From contig NC_042999.1 in NCBI RefSeq assembly GCF_006345805.1, positions 155,682,001 through 155,746,000 of the forward strand: 64,000 bases of DNA, written 5' to 3'. Positions 12,324-23,400 of this stretch are shown here, piece by piece. The stretch's first letter is position 1. The number at the start of each line of letters is the position of its first letter. A model generated the notes under the pieces. The model made no database searches. It saw nothing but the letters and a program-made list of their open reading frames with translations, and was not told where the DNA came from. The stretch comes from Octopus sinensis. Taxonomy: Eukaryota. The translations under genes and the position numbers were made by a program.

Positions 12324-12325
<2 letters not shown>
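11948..12325 (-). mobile_element. SINE family B (tRNA head, CORE-like domain, internal microsatellite, LINE-like tail), near full length
   Basis: Head GGTGCAGGAGTGGATGTGTGGTTAG...GGTTCAGTCTC, core GGCACCTTGGCCAGGTGTC, tail GTGCTCCAGCATGGCTGCAG. Confidence 0.85.
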
Positions 12326-12369
<44 letters not shown>

Positions 12370-12372
<3 letters not shown>

Positions 12373-12720
12373 TCATCATTTAATGTCCATTGTCCATGCT
12401 GGCAAGGGTTGGATGGTTTGACCAGAGGTGGCAAGCTGGAAGGTTACACCAGACTCCAGTCTGATTTGGCATGGTTTCTACAGCTGGATGTACTTAACAT
12501 CAACTACTCTGAGAGTGTAATGGGTACTCTCATGTGCCATCAGCATGGGTGCCATTTGCATGACACTGGTATCTCTCACGACTGGTTTTGCTGGGCTTGA
12601 TACATCTTCTTCACAAGCACGACAATGCAAAAGGTCTTGGTCATTGCCTCCATGAGGCTGGACACTTGTAAGGAGCTCAGCAAGTGTGCCCCTGTGAAGC
12701 CTAACACTTGGAAAGTGCTT
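12370..12720 (-). mobile_element. Family C element with a degenerate RTE ORF terminus at its 5' side
   Basis: The (GAT)n tail and GGATG core are present. Upstream, CTCATGGAGGCAATGACCAAGACC encodes a degenerate LTEAMTKDRDLWR-type RTE C-terminus. Confidence 0.65.
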
Positions 12721-14268
12721 TTTACATGTCACGTATAAATATATGTGTGTGTGTGTGTATGTATATATATACACACACATACATAAATATATATAAAGAC
12801 ACACACACACACATATATACACACAAAGATATATATATATATATATATATACAGACACATAAGCACACATAGAGAGATTTGGTGATGTAAAAAGGAAAAA
12901 TTGAACGCAAAAAAACATGACTACATTATTTATCAATATTTAACAGAAGCAACAGATTGACTCAAAGGCTGAAAATTTCATGCACTAATTTGATAGGTGT
13001 TAACACATAAAACTCTTGGACCTCGAGTCACGGTGTTGCTTCTGCTAAATATATATATGTATATATATATATTTATCTAAAAACACAGATTTACTGCATA
13101 AAACTAACAAATACTGGTTTTGGAGCTGCTACTACTGAGTTACATGCAGGAGTTATATATATATATATATATATATACATATTTAGAACAGAAAGTTAAC
13201 CTTACAGGAAGTATTGTTGTTGCTACTACTACTACTACTAATAATAATAATAATGATAGTAAAACTGCTGCTACAGGTACGGCTATGCTATTTTTATTGA
13301 TACTTGAAGAGGCTAAGTGAAAATGGATTGAAACAGAACCACAAAAGCCCTTTCAAATCCTGCCTTCATTTTAGCTGAATGCAAACAAGCAGGGATACAT
13401 ATATTTATTAGTGGGGGTGTCTTGAGTACTGTAACGATTTCAGTTTAACTCTTTAGCCAGACAGGTTTCCACAGAAGACTGATCATGAACCATACTTGCT
13501 TGTATGACATTGACACTTGCTTACGACTATCGTACAATGTCAAGAGAAGTGTGCACGTATACACACACACAATTACATATGACAGGCTTCTTTAAGTTTC
13601 TGACAATGAAATCCACTCATAAGGATTGCCAGTCTAGGGCTATACTAGTAGACTCTGGCCCAAGGTGTCACATAGTGGGGACTGAACTCAAAGCCATGTG
13701 GTCAGCAAACAGGCTAGTTAATCCCACAGCCATGCCTGCACCTGTGTGTATGCAAGAAATTATCATTATTAGAGTCATTCAACCATAAGGTTTTCATACA
13801 GAGTTCCATAAAATATTGGTCTCAAGTTCTGTCACAAGGCCAGCATTTCAGGACTTATTGGAACTTATTCAATTGATCTCCGAAAGGATGAAGGGCAAAG
13901 TCAACTTTGACAGAATTTGAACTCAGAAAGATAGACAAAATGCTCCTAAGTAATCCAGCCAGCTTGCCACCTTAATTCCACAAAATATTAAAGTAATATA
14001 TCATGGACACAGTATTCCAGATCTTCACCCAACCTGTACAAAAACTATCACATTTTGAAGGAAAAAAAGAATGTTTTGTGATACCTCTTTGCTAAAGTAC
14101 CTAACATGTAGACCTTCTACAGCTGGATACCCTTCTTATCACCTGTTTCCAAGAAAGAGAATATTTCCCCAGAGAAGACTGGAGACAAAAAACATTACTT
14201 GTATGAGGGTGGTGCTCACTTATGACCATCACAAATACAACCCCCATTTCTCTATAGACACATAACTG

Positions 14269-14426
14269 CACTAGTGTAATGGGGGATGGCAGGGGCTGTC
14301 TGCCCCAGGGGGCACTTTTAAAGGGGCACCATTTTTGGGGCTGCTGTAGGAAATGTTTTTTGTGGGGTCCACAAGTGACAAATGGAAAGGCTGCCCCAGG
14401 TGGCACACACTCTAGCTACACTAGTG
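14269..14426. mobile_element. Short non-autonomous TIR element (hAT-like MITE)
   Basis: Termini CACTAGTGTA / TACACTAGTG, with GC-rich GCCCCAGG subrepeats. The flanks CATAACTG / CATGATAG match at 5 of 8 positions. Confidence 0.55.
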
Positions 14427-15149
14427 CATGATAGACAACCTGGATACACCTACGTCAACTACAAACTTGCTACTGGAATAGGCTATGATACCACAAACAT
14501 GACCTAAAAATGACTTAAGAGATCCTATTGAGTGGTGCTATTAAGTTAGACCCAGTAAAAGACATTTGCCAACTGCTGTGCAGAGGAAATGAACCTGAAA
14601 CCTCGAAGTTGCAAAGTGAGCTTCTTAACTACAAAGCCATGACTGCATCTACTTAACATCTTAAATACACAGATATTCTCTTCCTTATAGTTTACCAAAA
14701 AATATAACTTTTCACAAGAATGTATCAGGTTAAAAAATGGATAAAGATCTTTCTCTGAGTCCTATAGACTCATAAAGCTGGCTTCCTGGTTTCTGTGGTG
14801 CATATATTACTCCTGGATGGGACACCGGTCCTTTGCAGGATTAACTCATTTTTGACAGTGGAGTGGGCTGGAGTAATGTAAAATGAAGTGTCTTGCTCAA
14901 GAATACAACACATTGCCTGATCCAGGAATTGAAACCACAATCTTATGATTGGGAATCCAACACCCTAATCCATGTGCCCCTACCTATATTAAACCAAAGT
15001 CACTGATTAAAAAGAATCAGTAAAAATATCGGGTATTTTACAGTATTCCTGTTCAGCACCATTTGACCAATGTAAAACCTGGCGCTCTATCGGTTCTGAT
15101 GAGTGTTCTGATAAACAAAAAAGCCAGTTTGTGAAATTAATCTACAAGT

Positions 15150-15501
15150 GGTGCAGAAGTGACTATGTGGTAAGACGCTTGCTTCCCAACCACATGGTTC
15201 CAAGTTCAGCCCCACTGCATGGAACCTTGGGGAAGTGTCTTCTACTATAGACTCAGGCCAACCAAAACCTTGTGAGCAGATTTGGTAAATGGAAACTGAA
15301 AGAAGCCCATCATGTATATGTATGTGTGATTCTCAACATCGCTTGACAATACACGTGTATATATACCTAACGGTTTGGCAAAAGAGACTGATAGAATAAG
15401 TACTAGGCTTATAAAGAATAAGTCCTGGGGTTGATTTGTTTGACTACATGCGGTGCTCCAGCATGCCCACAGTCAAAATGACCGAAACAAATAAAAGAAT
15501 A
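15150..15501 (+). mobile_element. SINE family B, near full length
   Basis: Head, core and tail (GGTGCTCCAGCATGCCCACAGTC...GAAACAAATAAAAGAATAA) are all present. Confidence 0.85.
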
Positions 15502-15789
15502 ACTGCAAACCAGTTTGTAATTCATTTCTAACCTTATTAATATTAACTGCATGGAGTTAAAATAAACAATTATGTGAAACTTCTTTAACCAAAAAACTTT
15601 TGATGGTTTGAAGTAAAAGAAAATATTTTCTTTTGGGCTGCTTCACACCGAGACTGAGTTGTGTGAAAAGTGGAAACGATTGGCAGAGGGAGAGAGTTTT
15701 GCTAGTAATCCTGTAGGAAGAGTTTAAAGTCAACACTGGCTGGACTTTAATAGTACGATACAAAGAGAGGGAGAGATGGTAGGAAATGT

Positions 15790-16085
15790 GTAGTAGTTAG
15801 AGATATAAGCAGCAGGGTGAGGGGAGGAGAGAGAGGCGAGAGGAGGAGAGAGGCGAGAGATGGCGAGGAGGAGGAGAGCACGTGAGGGCGAGGAGTGTGA
15901 GGGCGAAGAGAGATTGTGAGGGCGAGGAGGAGGAGGGAGGAAGGGGAGGAGAGAGAGCAGGGAGAAGAGCAAGGAGGGGGCGAGGAGGTGAAGAGAGAGG
16001 GGGTCGAGAAGGAGAGAGAGATATGGGGTGAGGAGGAGGAGATGAGGGGCGAGGATGAGGAGGAAAGTGAGGTGGGAAAGGAGGG
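15790..16085. repeat. Purine-rich (GGCGAGGA/GAG) low-complexity tract
   Basis: About 300 bp that is almost entirely G/A on the + strand. Confidence 0.85.
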
Positions 16086-17887
16086 AAATAAAATAGCTCC
16101 CAGAGTCACCTATAAGCTTGTGAAAGAAGTAAAAAATCTAGGTAATTGAAGTACAGATATAAAGTAGATGCTGAATGGAGAGAGAGAGAGAGAGAAGAAA
16201 ACTGCCAAAAGAGAAGCAACCCCCTTTACCCTCACCTCGAACACTTGCCCTTTCTTTGAGGTTATTTCTATTCAGATAAGAGATTAGAAAATCAAGGTTT
16301 AAATTATTCTCTTTTTTCTATCCAATTTCTAGATGATATGTCCCAATCCTCATCTCCCTTTCCTGCAGGGGTAGCCTCAAACTAATGAAGGCAAGTTTTA
16401 ACTTTTAAAGTGATTCAAGAAATATTTATTCCAGTCTAGGGTGCTGATGCCACATAATAAGCACCCAGCACAGTCTGTAAAATGGTTGGCATTAGGAAGG
16501 GTATCCAGCCTTAGAAACTATTCCAAAACAGACAATTTGAACTTGATGTAGTCTTCTGATGTGCCAGCTCCTGCCAAACTGTCCAACCCATGCCAGCATA
16601 GAAAACAGACATTAAATGATGATTGACAACCAGTTAACCAATACTGGTTATTTTAACTGATTAAGTCTTGGAGCATCTTCACAGCTCTGTGAACTGATAG
16701 AAAGCTAGTTCTTTTGTGAAACTTTTAGCCAGTAATGAAAGCAGTATCTCTGATCCATTCCAGAGCTCTGAGACTAGAGGAAAGGAGAGATGATGGTGTC
16801 CTTAAACTAAGGGGTCTGGCTTGAATGTTTGCAACAGAGTGGAACTTGCGACACTCAGGATACCAAGTGGTGGTGTTAGACTGAATGACCAAGTCAGCTT
16901 ACCCTCTACAAGTAGGCCAAGGTAGGATTTGAATATAGAACAAAGAACCAGGATAAATACCACAAGGTGTCTAGCCTACCATTCTTATAGTATCATGAAT
17001 CCACTGTCACAATCTTGAAATACAATGACCAGGGTTCTCATCTTACAACAGACAAGGCATTGAAATTAAAATGGTCATCTGGATGTTAATGTTTACCAAC
17101 CAAGTAATCCTAAGACCAAAAGTATTTCGAACATGACCATCCCTCCTTATTGTACATGAGAGGATTCATTATTTAGTGTATCTTTCCTTTTTAAGGCAAT
17201 AGTGTGTGATGTGAGGGAGACTATTTCTTACTGGTTGAAGACTGTGTAAAGGTATCCTTGTTGACAAGCAAGATTAGTTTGAAGAGGCTTGGAAAACTAT
17301 TTACTGGATAATAGCCACGTGTATGTGTATATGTGTGTGTATAAAGGACTATTAAAAATGAAAGCCCTCAACTCACTATAATAGTTGAAGACTAATCTAA
17401 AAATCCCTATTAAAAAAACTGACAATGTCCTATACAAATGATGTCAGCTTAACACCACACGTGTAACCTTGATCAAATTCAAGATTTTACTTACATGGGA
17501 GAAGCAAAAATAAATTTTTATCCTTAAAGGAATTTAAAGTAAGATTTGGCCACAACAGTGAGAATTCACCAATAGACATTATGCCTGGAACTCAAAGAAT
17601 CAGTTTTATGGTGTCTTCATGAACCCAAATATTTCACTGAATCTATGTAATCCTGTGCAGTAGACGCACAAATGTCAAAGTTACTTATTTCTTGGTAGTT
17701 TGAAAAACTAATGAACAGTCTTGGTTGACTTTTGGCCTTTATTGGGGTATCATCAGAAGTCTCTACACAGGTACAGGTGTGTGGTGAGACGTTTGCCTCC
17801 CAACCACATGGTTCCAGGTTCAGTCCCACTGTGTGGCACCCTGGGAAAGCTTTGTGAGTGAATATGGAGGAGAGAAACAGAAAGCAT

Positions 17888-18180
17888 CATCATCATCATC
17901 GTTTAACGTCCGCTTTCCATGCTAGCATGGGTTGGACAATTTTGACTGAAGGCTGGCGAACCAGATGGCTGCACCAGGCTCCAATCTTGATCTGGCAGAG
18001 GTTCTACAGCTGGATGCCTTTCCTCATGCCAACCTCTCCGAGAGTGTAGTGGGTGCTTTTTACGTGCCACCTGCATGGGGGCCAGTCAGGTGATACTGAC
18101 AATGACCCCGCTCGAATCTTTTTACACATGCCACTGGCACAGGTGCCTGTAAAGCGACGTTAGTAGCGATCAAGCTTGAA
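17888..18180 (-). mobile_element. Family C (RTE 3'-UTR) element
   Basis: Diagnostic tail and GGATGCC core. Confidence 0.85.
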
Positions 18181-18823
18181 TGACCATTAAAAACGGCCGT
18201 TGTATATATGTGTCTCTTTGACTACATCTCCCACCACTGCTTGATGACCAGTGTTGGTGCATGTATATCTCTGTAACTTAGCAATTCGACAAAAGAGACC
18301 AACAGAACAGTTACCAGGCTTTTTAAAAAAAGAAGTACTGGGGTTGATCGGTTTGATTTGACTAAAATCCTTGAAGGTGGTGCCCGAGCATGACCACAGT
18401 GTAATGATAAAACAAGTAAAAAGTAAAAGATCACATGAGCAATCTCAGAGAAACAAATAGCCAATCCATTGATGTGTGAATCAAATCCAGTAACTTCAGA
18501 GAAGTGCAGCTTCTAGTTTGCATAGTGTAGGTGTTCATCACTTTGATATCATTAGCCTCACATTTGGCCATGGGAAGCAATTTAAATGATGTCTTTTCCA
18601 TGCTTTTATGGTATAGATGGGAGTAAGTTCAGAAGCAAAATGTTAAGTCAGATGCACTTCCTGTTACCAGTGCTAAATCGTTTTATAAATTAGGGAATTT
18701 CGTCCAAAAGGAATCTGAGGGTGCTGAGGTACTGGATGATTTCGTTGACATCACAGCTCAATCACAAATGATGACACCACCGTTTGTAGAAGAGTTGCAG
18801 ATGGCGACATCATTATCACACTG

Positions 18824-19018
18824 CCTGACTGGCCCATGTGCACGTAAAAGCACCCACTACACTCTCGGAGTGGTTGGTGTTAGGAAGGGCATCCAGCTGT
18901 AGAAACTCTGCCAGATCAAGATAGGAGCCTGGTGCAGCCATCTGGTTCACCAGTCCACAGTCAAATCGTCCAACCAATGCTTGCATGGAAAGCAGATGTT
19001 AAACGATGATGATGATGA
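18824..19018 (+). mobile_element. Family C (RTE 3'-UTR) element, inverted partner of 17888-18092
   Basis: GCACGTAAAAGCACCCACTACACTCTCGGAGTGG...GTTAAACGATGATGATG. Confidence 0.85.
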
Positions 19019-19391
19019 TAGCTCACAGTTTTGTAAACATTCACACACACACGCATGCACACACATTATGGGCTTCTTTCAGTTTCCATCCATCAAATTC
19101 CCTTACAAGGCATTGGTCGGCCCAGGGCTATAGCAGAAGATACTTGCCCCAAGGTGCTGCACCACAGTGGGACTGAACCTGAAACCGCATTGGTTGAGAG
19201 GCAAAGTTCTTAAGCACACGGCCATGCAAAGCAATAGAACGCCAAAATGTCAAATAAACAAGTTAGATAACATTTTCCAATATTTTATCTAATTCTATAT
19301 TTAGAACAACACATCTAATACTTTCAGGAAGTTCTTGTCAAAATGTCCATCCCTTTAACCCTTTTGCTACCATATTTCTGTTGAAATACAC

Positions 19392-19771
19392 TTTACTCTT
19401 TTACTTGTTTCAGTCATTTGACTATGGCCATGCTGGAGCACCACCTTTAGTTGAGCAAATCAACTCCAGGACTTATTCTTTGTAAGCCTAGTACTTATTC
19501 TATCAGTCTCTTTTTGCCAAACCGCTAAGTTAGGGGACATAAACACACCAGCATCGGTTGTCAAGCGATGTTGAGGGGGACAAACACAGACACACACATA
19601 TACATATATACGACGGGCTTCTTTCAGTTTCCGTCTACCAAATCCACTCACAAGGCTTTGGTCAGCCTGAGGCTAAAGAAGAAGACACTTGCCCAAGGTG
19701 CCACGCAGTGGGACTGAACCCGGAACCATGTGGTTGGTAAGCAAGCTACTTACCACACAGCCACTCCTGCG
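19392..19771 (-). mobile_element. SINE family B, full length, inserted into a piggyBac-like MITE
   Basis: Near-consensus head-to-tail copy. MITE sequence starting at 19359 resumes after 19775. Confidence 0.88.
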
Positions 19772-19879
19772 TTTATATCTTTGTTTCAATTAACTTCGAA
19801 AAATAACTCGTTAAGTTGATGTTTTGGAGCATAAAAATAGTAAGATTTTGATGGAAGGTTTTAATTTAAATCACTTTAA

Positions 19880-20150
19880 CCCTTTTGTTACCATATTTCT
19901 CTTGAAATACACAACTTTTATTTCAAGTGATTTTGAAAATAATGAAACATTTACTAAAATAACTCATTATTAAGCTAATGTTTGGAATGTGAATTAACAT
20001 GGGATTTTGATGGAAAGTTTTAATTAGTGGTGCACCTGAGCACTGTATACAGTAATTTCATTATTATTATTATTTTAGATCAGTTTAAAAAACTGAAAAA
20101 TTTGTATCTTAGAACCAAGGACATCCTCAGGCAGGATGGTATCAAAAGGG
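19880..20150 (+). mobile_element. piggyBac-like MITE, both termini present
   Basis: TTAA|CCCTTTTGTTACCAT ... ATGGTATCAAAAGGG|TTGA, i.e. 15-bp TIRs with 1 mismatch. Confidence 0.75.
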
Positions 20151-20323
20151 TTGATCTAAAATATACTTAAAGAGTTACTGTGTGGTTTTTAGGAGAAAGA
20201 AAATAAGCCAAATTGTAAGAAAGAAATGAACAGCACCCAAAGAGAAAAAAGCAACAGGCTAACGAAGCAAGCTAAATCGGTTAGTTTGATTAAAAGTAGG
20301 GAGCACAGAAGCATATATATTAC

Positions 20324-20422
20324 CTCAGTTTCAAGCAAATCAACGAGCATCCCATCACCTGATGTTAGTGGATCTGTGGGTTGTTCTTCAGGAGAATCCA
20401 GGAAAGGGGAAACATTATGATC
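20324..20422 (-). CDS. MPRIP: Coding exon, 99 nt, DHNVSPFLDSPEEQPTDPLTSGDGMLVDLLETE
   Basis: Acceptor ctctttattttctaatggttctag|GAT and donor GAG|GTAATA. 33 open codons, phase 0-0. LLETE leads into the coiled coil. Confidence 0.8.
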
Positions 20423-23400
20423 CTAGAACCATTAGAAAATAAAGAGGCTGTGAAAACAAGACCAGCTTTACGTGTTTTTGTTGAAATAATAAACACGTCT
20501 AAAGTTTGTAAAACGACACAGCTCTCATCGATAATTGCAAAATGGATCAACAATATTGATATTTTGATAAAAAAACTTCCAGTGCAAATGAATAAAAAAA
20601 AAAGAAACCTGTTCTAAAAAATGCAGAAATTAAATTTGAACTAAAAAAAAAAAAAAAATCAATACCTAGAATATAAGACAAGTGACATACTGCAATAAAA
20701 TGGAAATACAAAAATAGGTGTGTGTATGTATTATGCAGGAATTTATATATGCATGTGTGTATAAATGAGTATGCGTGTATATGTAATACTCATAAATTAA
20801 ATATGTTTTTCTTGGGGTGAAAAAGAAATTTTAACCAGATAATTATTATATCTATAGATACACATCTATGTGTATTTGTGTGAATAAAAATGATTACTCT
20901 ATAAAGATTTATTATTACTGTTATTTTAAATTATCCATCTATCGATGAATACTATTACTCTATGAAAATTTATAATTACTGTTATATTTTAGAGTTACTC
21001 TTACATCTGCCCTTGTTTGGATTGGTAGTAGCAGTTCTAGATTAAACAAAAGATGGTTCTATAGTTAAGGCATGTTGGACTTGTAGGAGGATTGGCCTCT
21101 AACGTGTGTCACGCAGACCCACTAGTATGAGGATATGCCATGTCATGTGAACTAGTCCTGTTGTCTAATGATTAAACAAACTCTGTGCTTCAAGGGTAAG
21201 CTTGTAAAAGGAGACTAGCTGAATGAAATGTAAATATACAGGCAGAAGGCAATGGAAAACTGCTATTGTATATTTCCCAAGGAATATCATGAATTTTCAG
21301 AGTTTGGCAAGGAAATCTATAATTGCCAACATCTGTAGGTATGATAGGTCAGATGTGGGGGCATGCACCATTGCAGTACATTACTGCATTGACAAGCTGG
21401 TTGTATATTCCTGGGTCCTCCTGGGTGACCCATCGAGGAGTCCCAGTGAGTCTCCATCTCCACAAGATTCCTCCCCGCAAGTGCCATGACCATGTGGTCA
21501 ACCCAGTCAGACCCTCAGTGAAGAGAACGTGTTAAGTAGGGTCTAACTTGGAAAATGGAGCAACATGGCCAGTCTGAACTGGTGCTCCCAAATCATACAA
21601 ATAACAGGTACGATACATGAAGATGAAAGGAATTACAAACAGCTACTATAAGTATATATATTTTACTACTGACTACAGCAGTAGGAAACCTGAAAATTAA
21701 CCAGTTTGAAAAAGTTTATTTTGTAGTGACTGAGTAACCTTCAAGTAGACGGTATTACTTTGCCCCAATGGTTGTGAGTTCCTTAAAAGGGAATGGGGTT
21801 GAACTCCAGGCACAAAGCTAGAAGTTCCAAGGTTTAGTTATTGCCATTAATCCCAGGACTGGACTGGTACTTTATCCATCCCATGATTTGAACTTGAGAT
21901 GCAAGATATGCCACAAAGCATTTTATCGAATGCCCTTATGATTCTGTCAATTCCTGACACAAGACAATGATTAAAAATATAAATATTATTCTCGTTAAGT
22001 CATCGTTAGCTCTTGTATTTGAATTAATTTTGTCAGTGAAATTTGGCAAAAAAAGCCCTTTTCACTAAAGTATGGTTCTGTGTATATTTGGACATTTTTC
22101 TTGGAATTTTCTGTAGAATATCAAAAAACAAGATAAAATTTAAGAATCACAAGAAAATAACATGAAACACAGTTTTGCTGTAGAAAGCTGAAAAAAGCAT
22201 CAAAAATAAACTTTTAAAAAATTGGTAAGAATGAATAAAGCTAGAGAAAAATAATAACAACAACATAATGAATTAAAATTATGAAGCAACACCAAGCAAA
22301 AAAGTAATTTAAATTGAGCCACTGGATATTCTATAACCATTGCATCACCTGGAGATGGCAGAACTTAAAAACAGAATAAAAGAAATAGTCTTATGGATAG
22401 CTTAGTTGACACATCTATGAAAAATAGCAAGTTTTAAGAAATTATAAAACTGAAGACTCAGGAAGCTAAAGAAAAATAGCTGTGAAATATATTATACATC
22501 ATGTGTTTATATATATATTTGAAAGCAAAAAAGATTGTGCAACACTCCATAGCAGATGTAAATAGAAAAGCACAGGTTGATTTATAATAATGATGATGAT
22601 AATAATAATAAAAAATGATAACAGTAGAGAGCTTTGAAATGTCACATTGAGATGTTTGATAAAAGCAAAGTGGTTTCAACAGGGAATCAAATTAATTTGA
22701 GAAGTGAAGGGTTCAGTTTGCAAAGAACTAAATTACAACATCAAAACAGCAGCTATACAAAGAAGATATGAAGGTCATTCACAATTGTCTCAAACATATG
22801 TGTATGCATGTATGTATGAAGTATCTGCTTTATCACAGCTACAAATGGTTTGCAAATAATATAGTCTAACTTCATCGACACCCTCATTATCCTTTATCTC
22901 TCTAATGATAGCTTTTCCTTGTTACTACTAATCTTTCACACTGTTAGGAAACCATTTCATTCGATATCCATCTTTCATGATTATACTGTCCTCTCCACCT
23001 TCATTTTACATTGATCACCATCCCCTGAGCAACCAAATTTTCTCTTTCACTACCATACATATTTCACTCACCATGCATTATGCCTGCTTCTCTCCATCCC
23101 TCACAATCTGGCAATCCATCTAACACCATCCCCTCTCTCATCCTTCTGTCTACTGCATCATCATTGCTATTCTTCCACCTTTCCCTTCATCATTGTAACC
23201 CCCCTCACCACCAGTTATTTACTATTCACAACAACCACCCCCACAACACTTGTTCTTCATTCTTAATATTCTCAACCTCATCCATTCTCCATCTCTGACT
23301 TTGCAGTCTCAAACTCCACCCACCCCTAGCTCTTCTTCCCATACTCATTTCTACTCACCTCATACCACGAGTGTCCACTCTGACGCATCACCAATACTTT

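Noticed and set aside
15090-15125. CTGATGAG as a possible hammerhead ribozyme core
   Set aside because: There is no properly placed GAAA or stems I-III.
15640-15730. Minus-strand acceptor ctcttcctacag|GAT at 15710
   Set aside because: The phase-0 frame hits TAG at the third codon, and there is no convincing donor.
20226-20617. Two + strand ORFs that look protein-like
   Set aside because: They are explained by the antisense 99-nt exon and its flanks.
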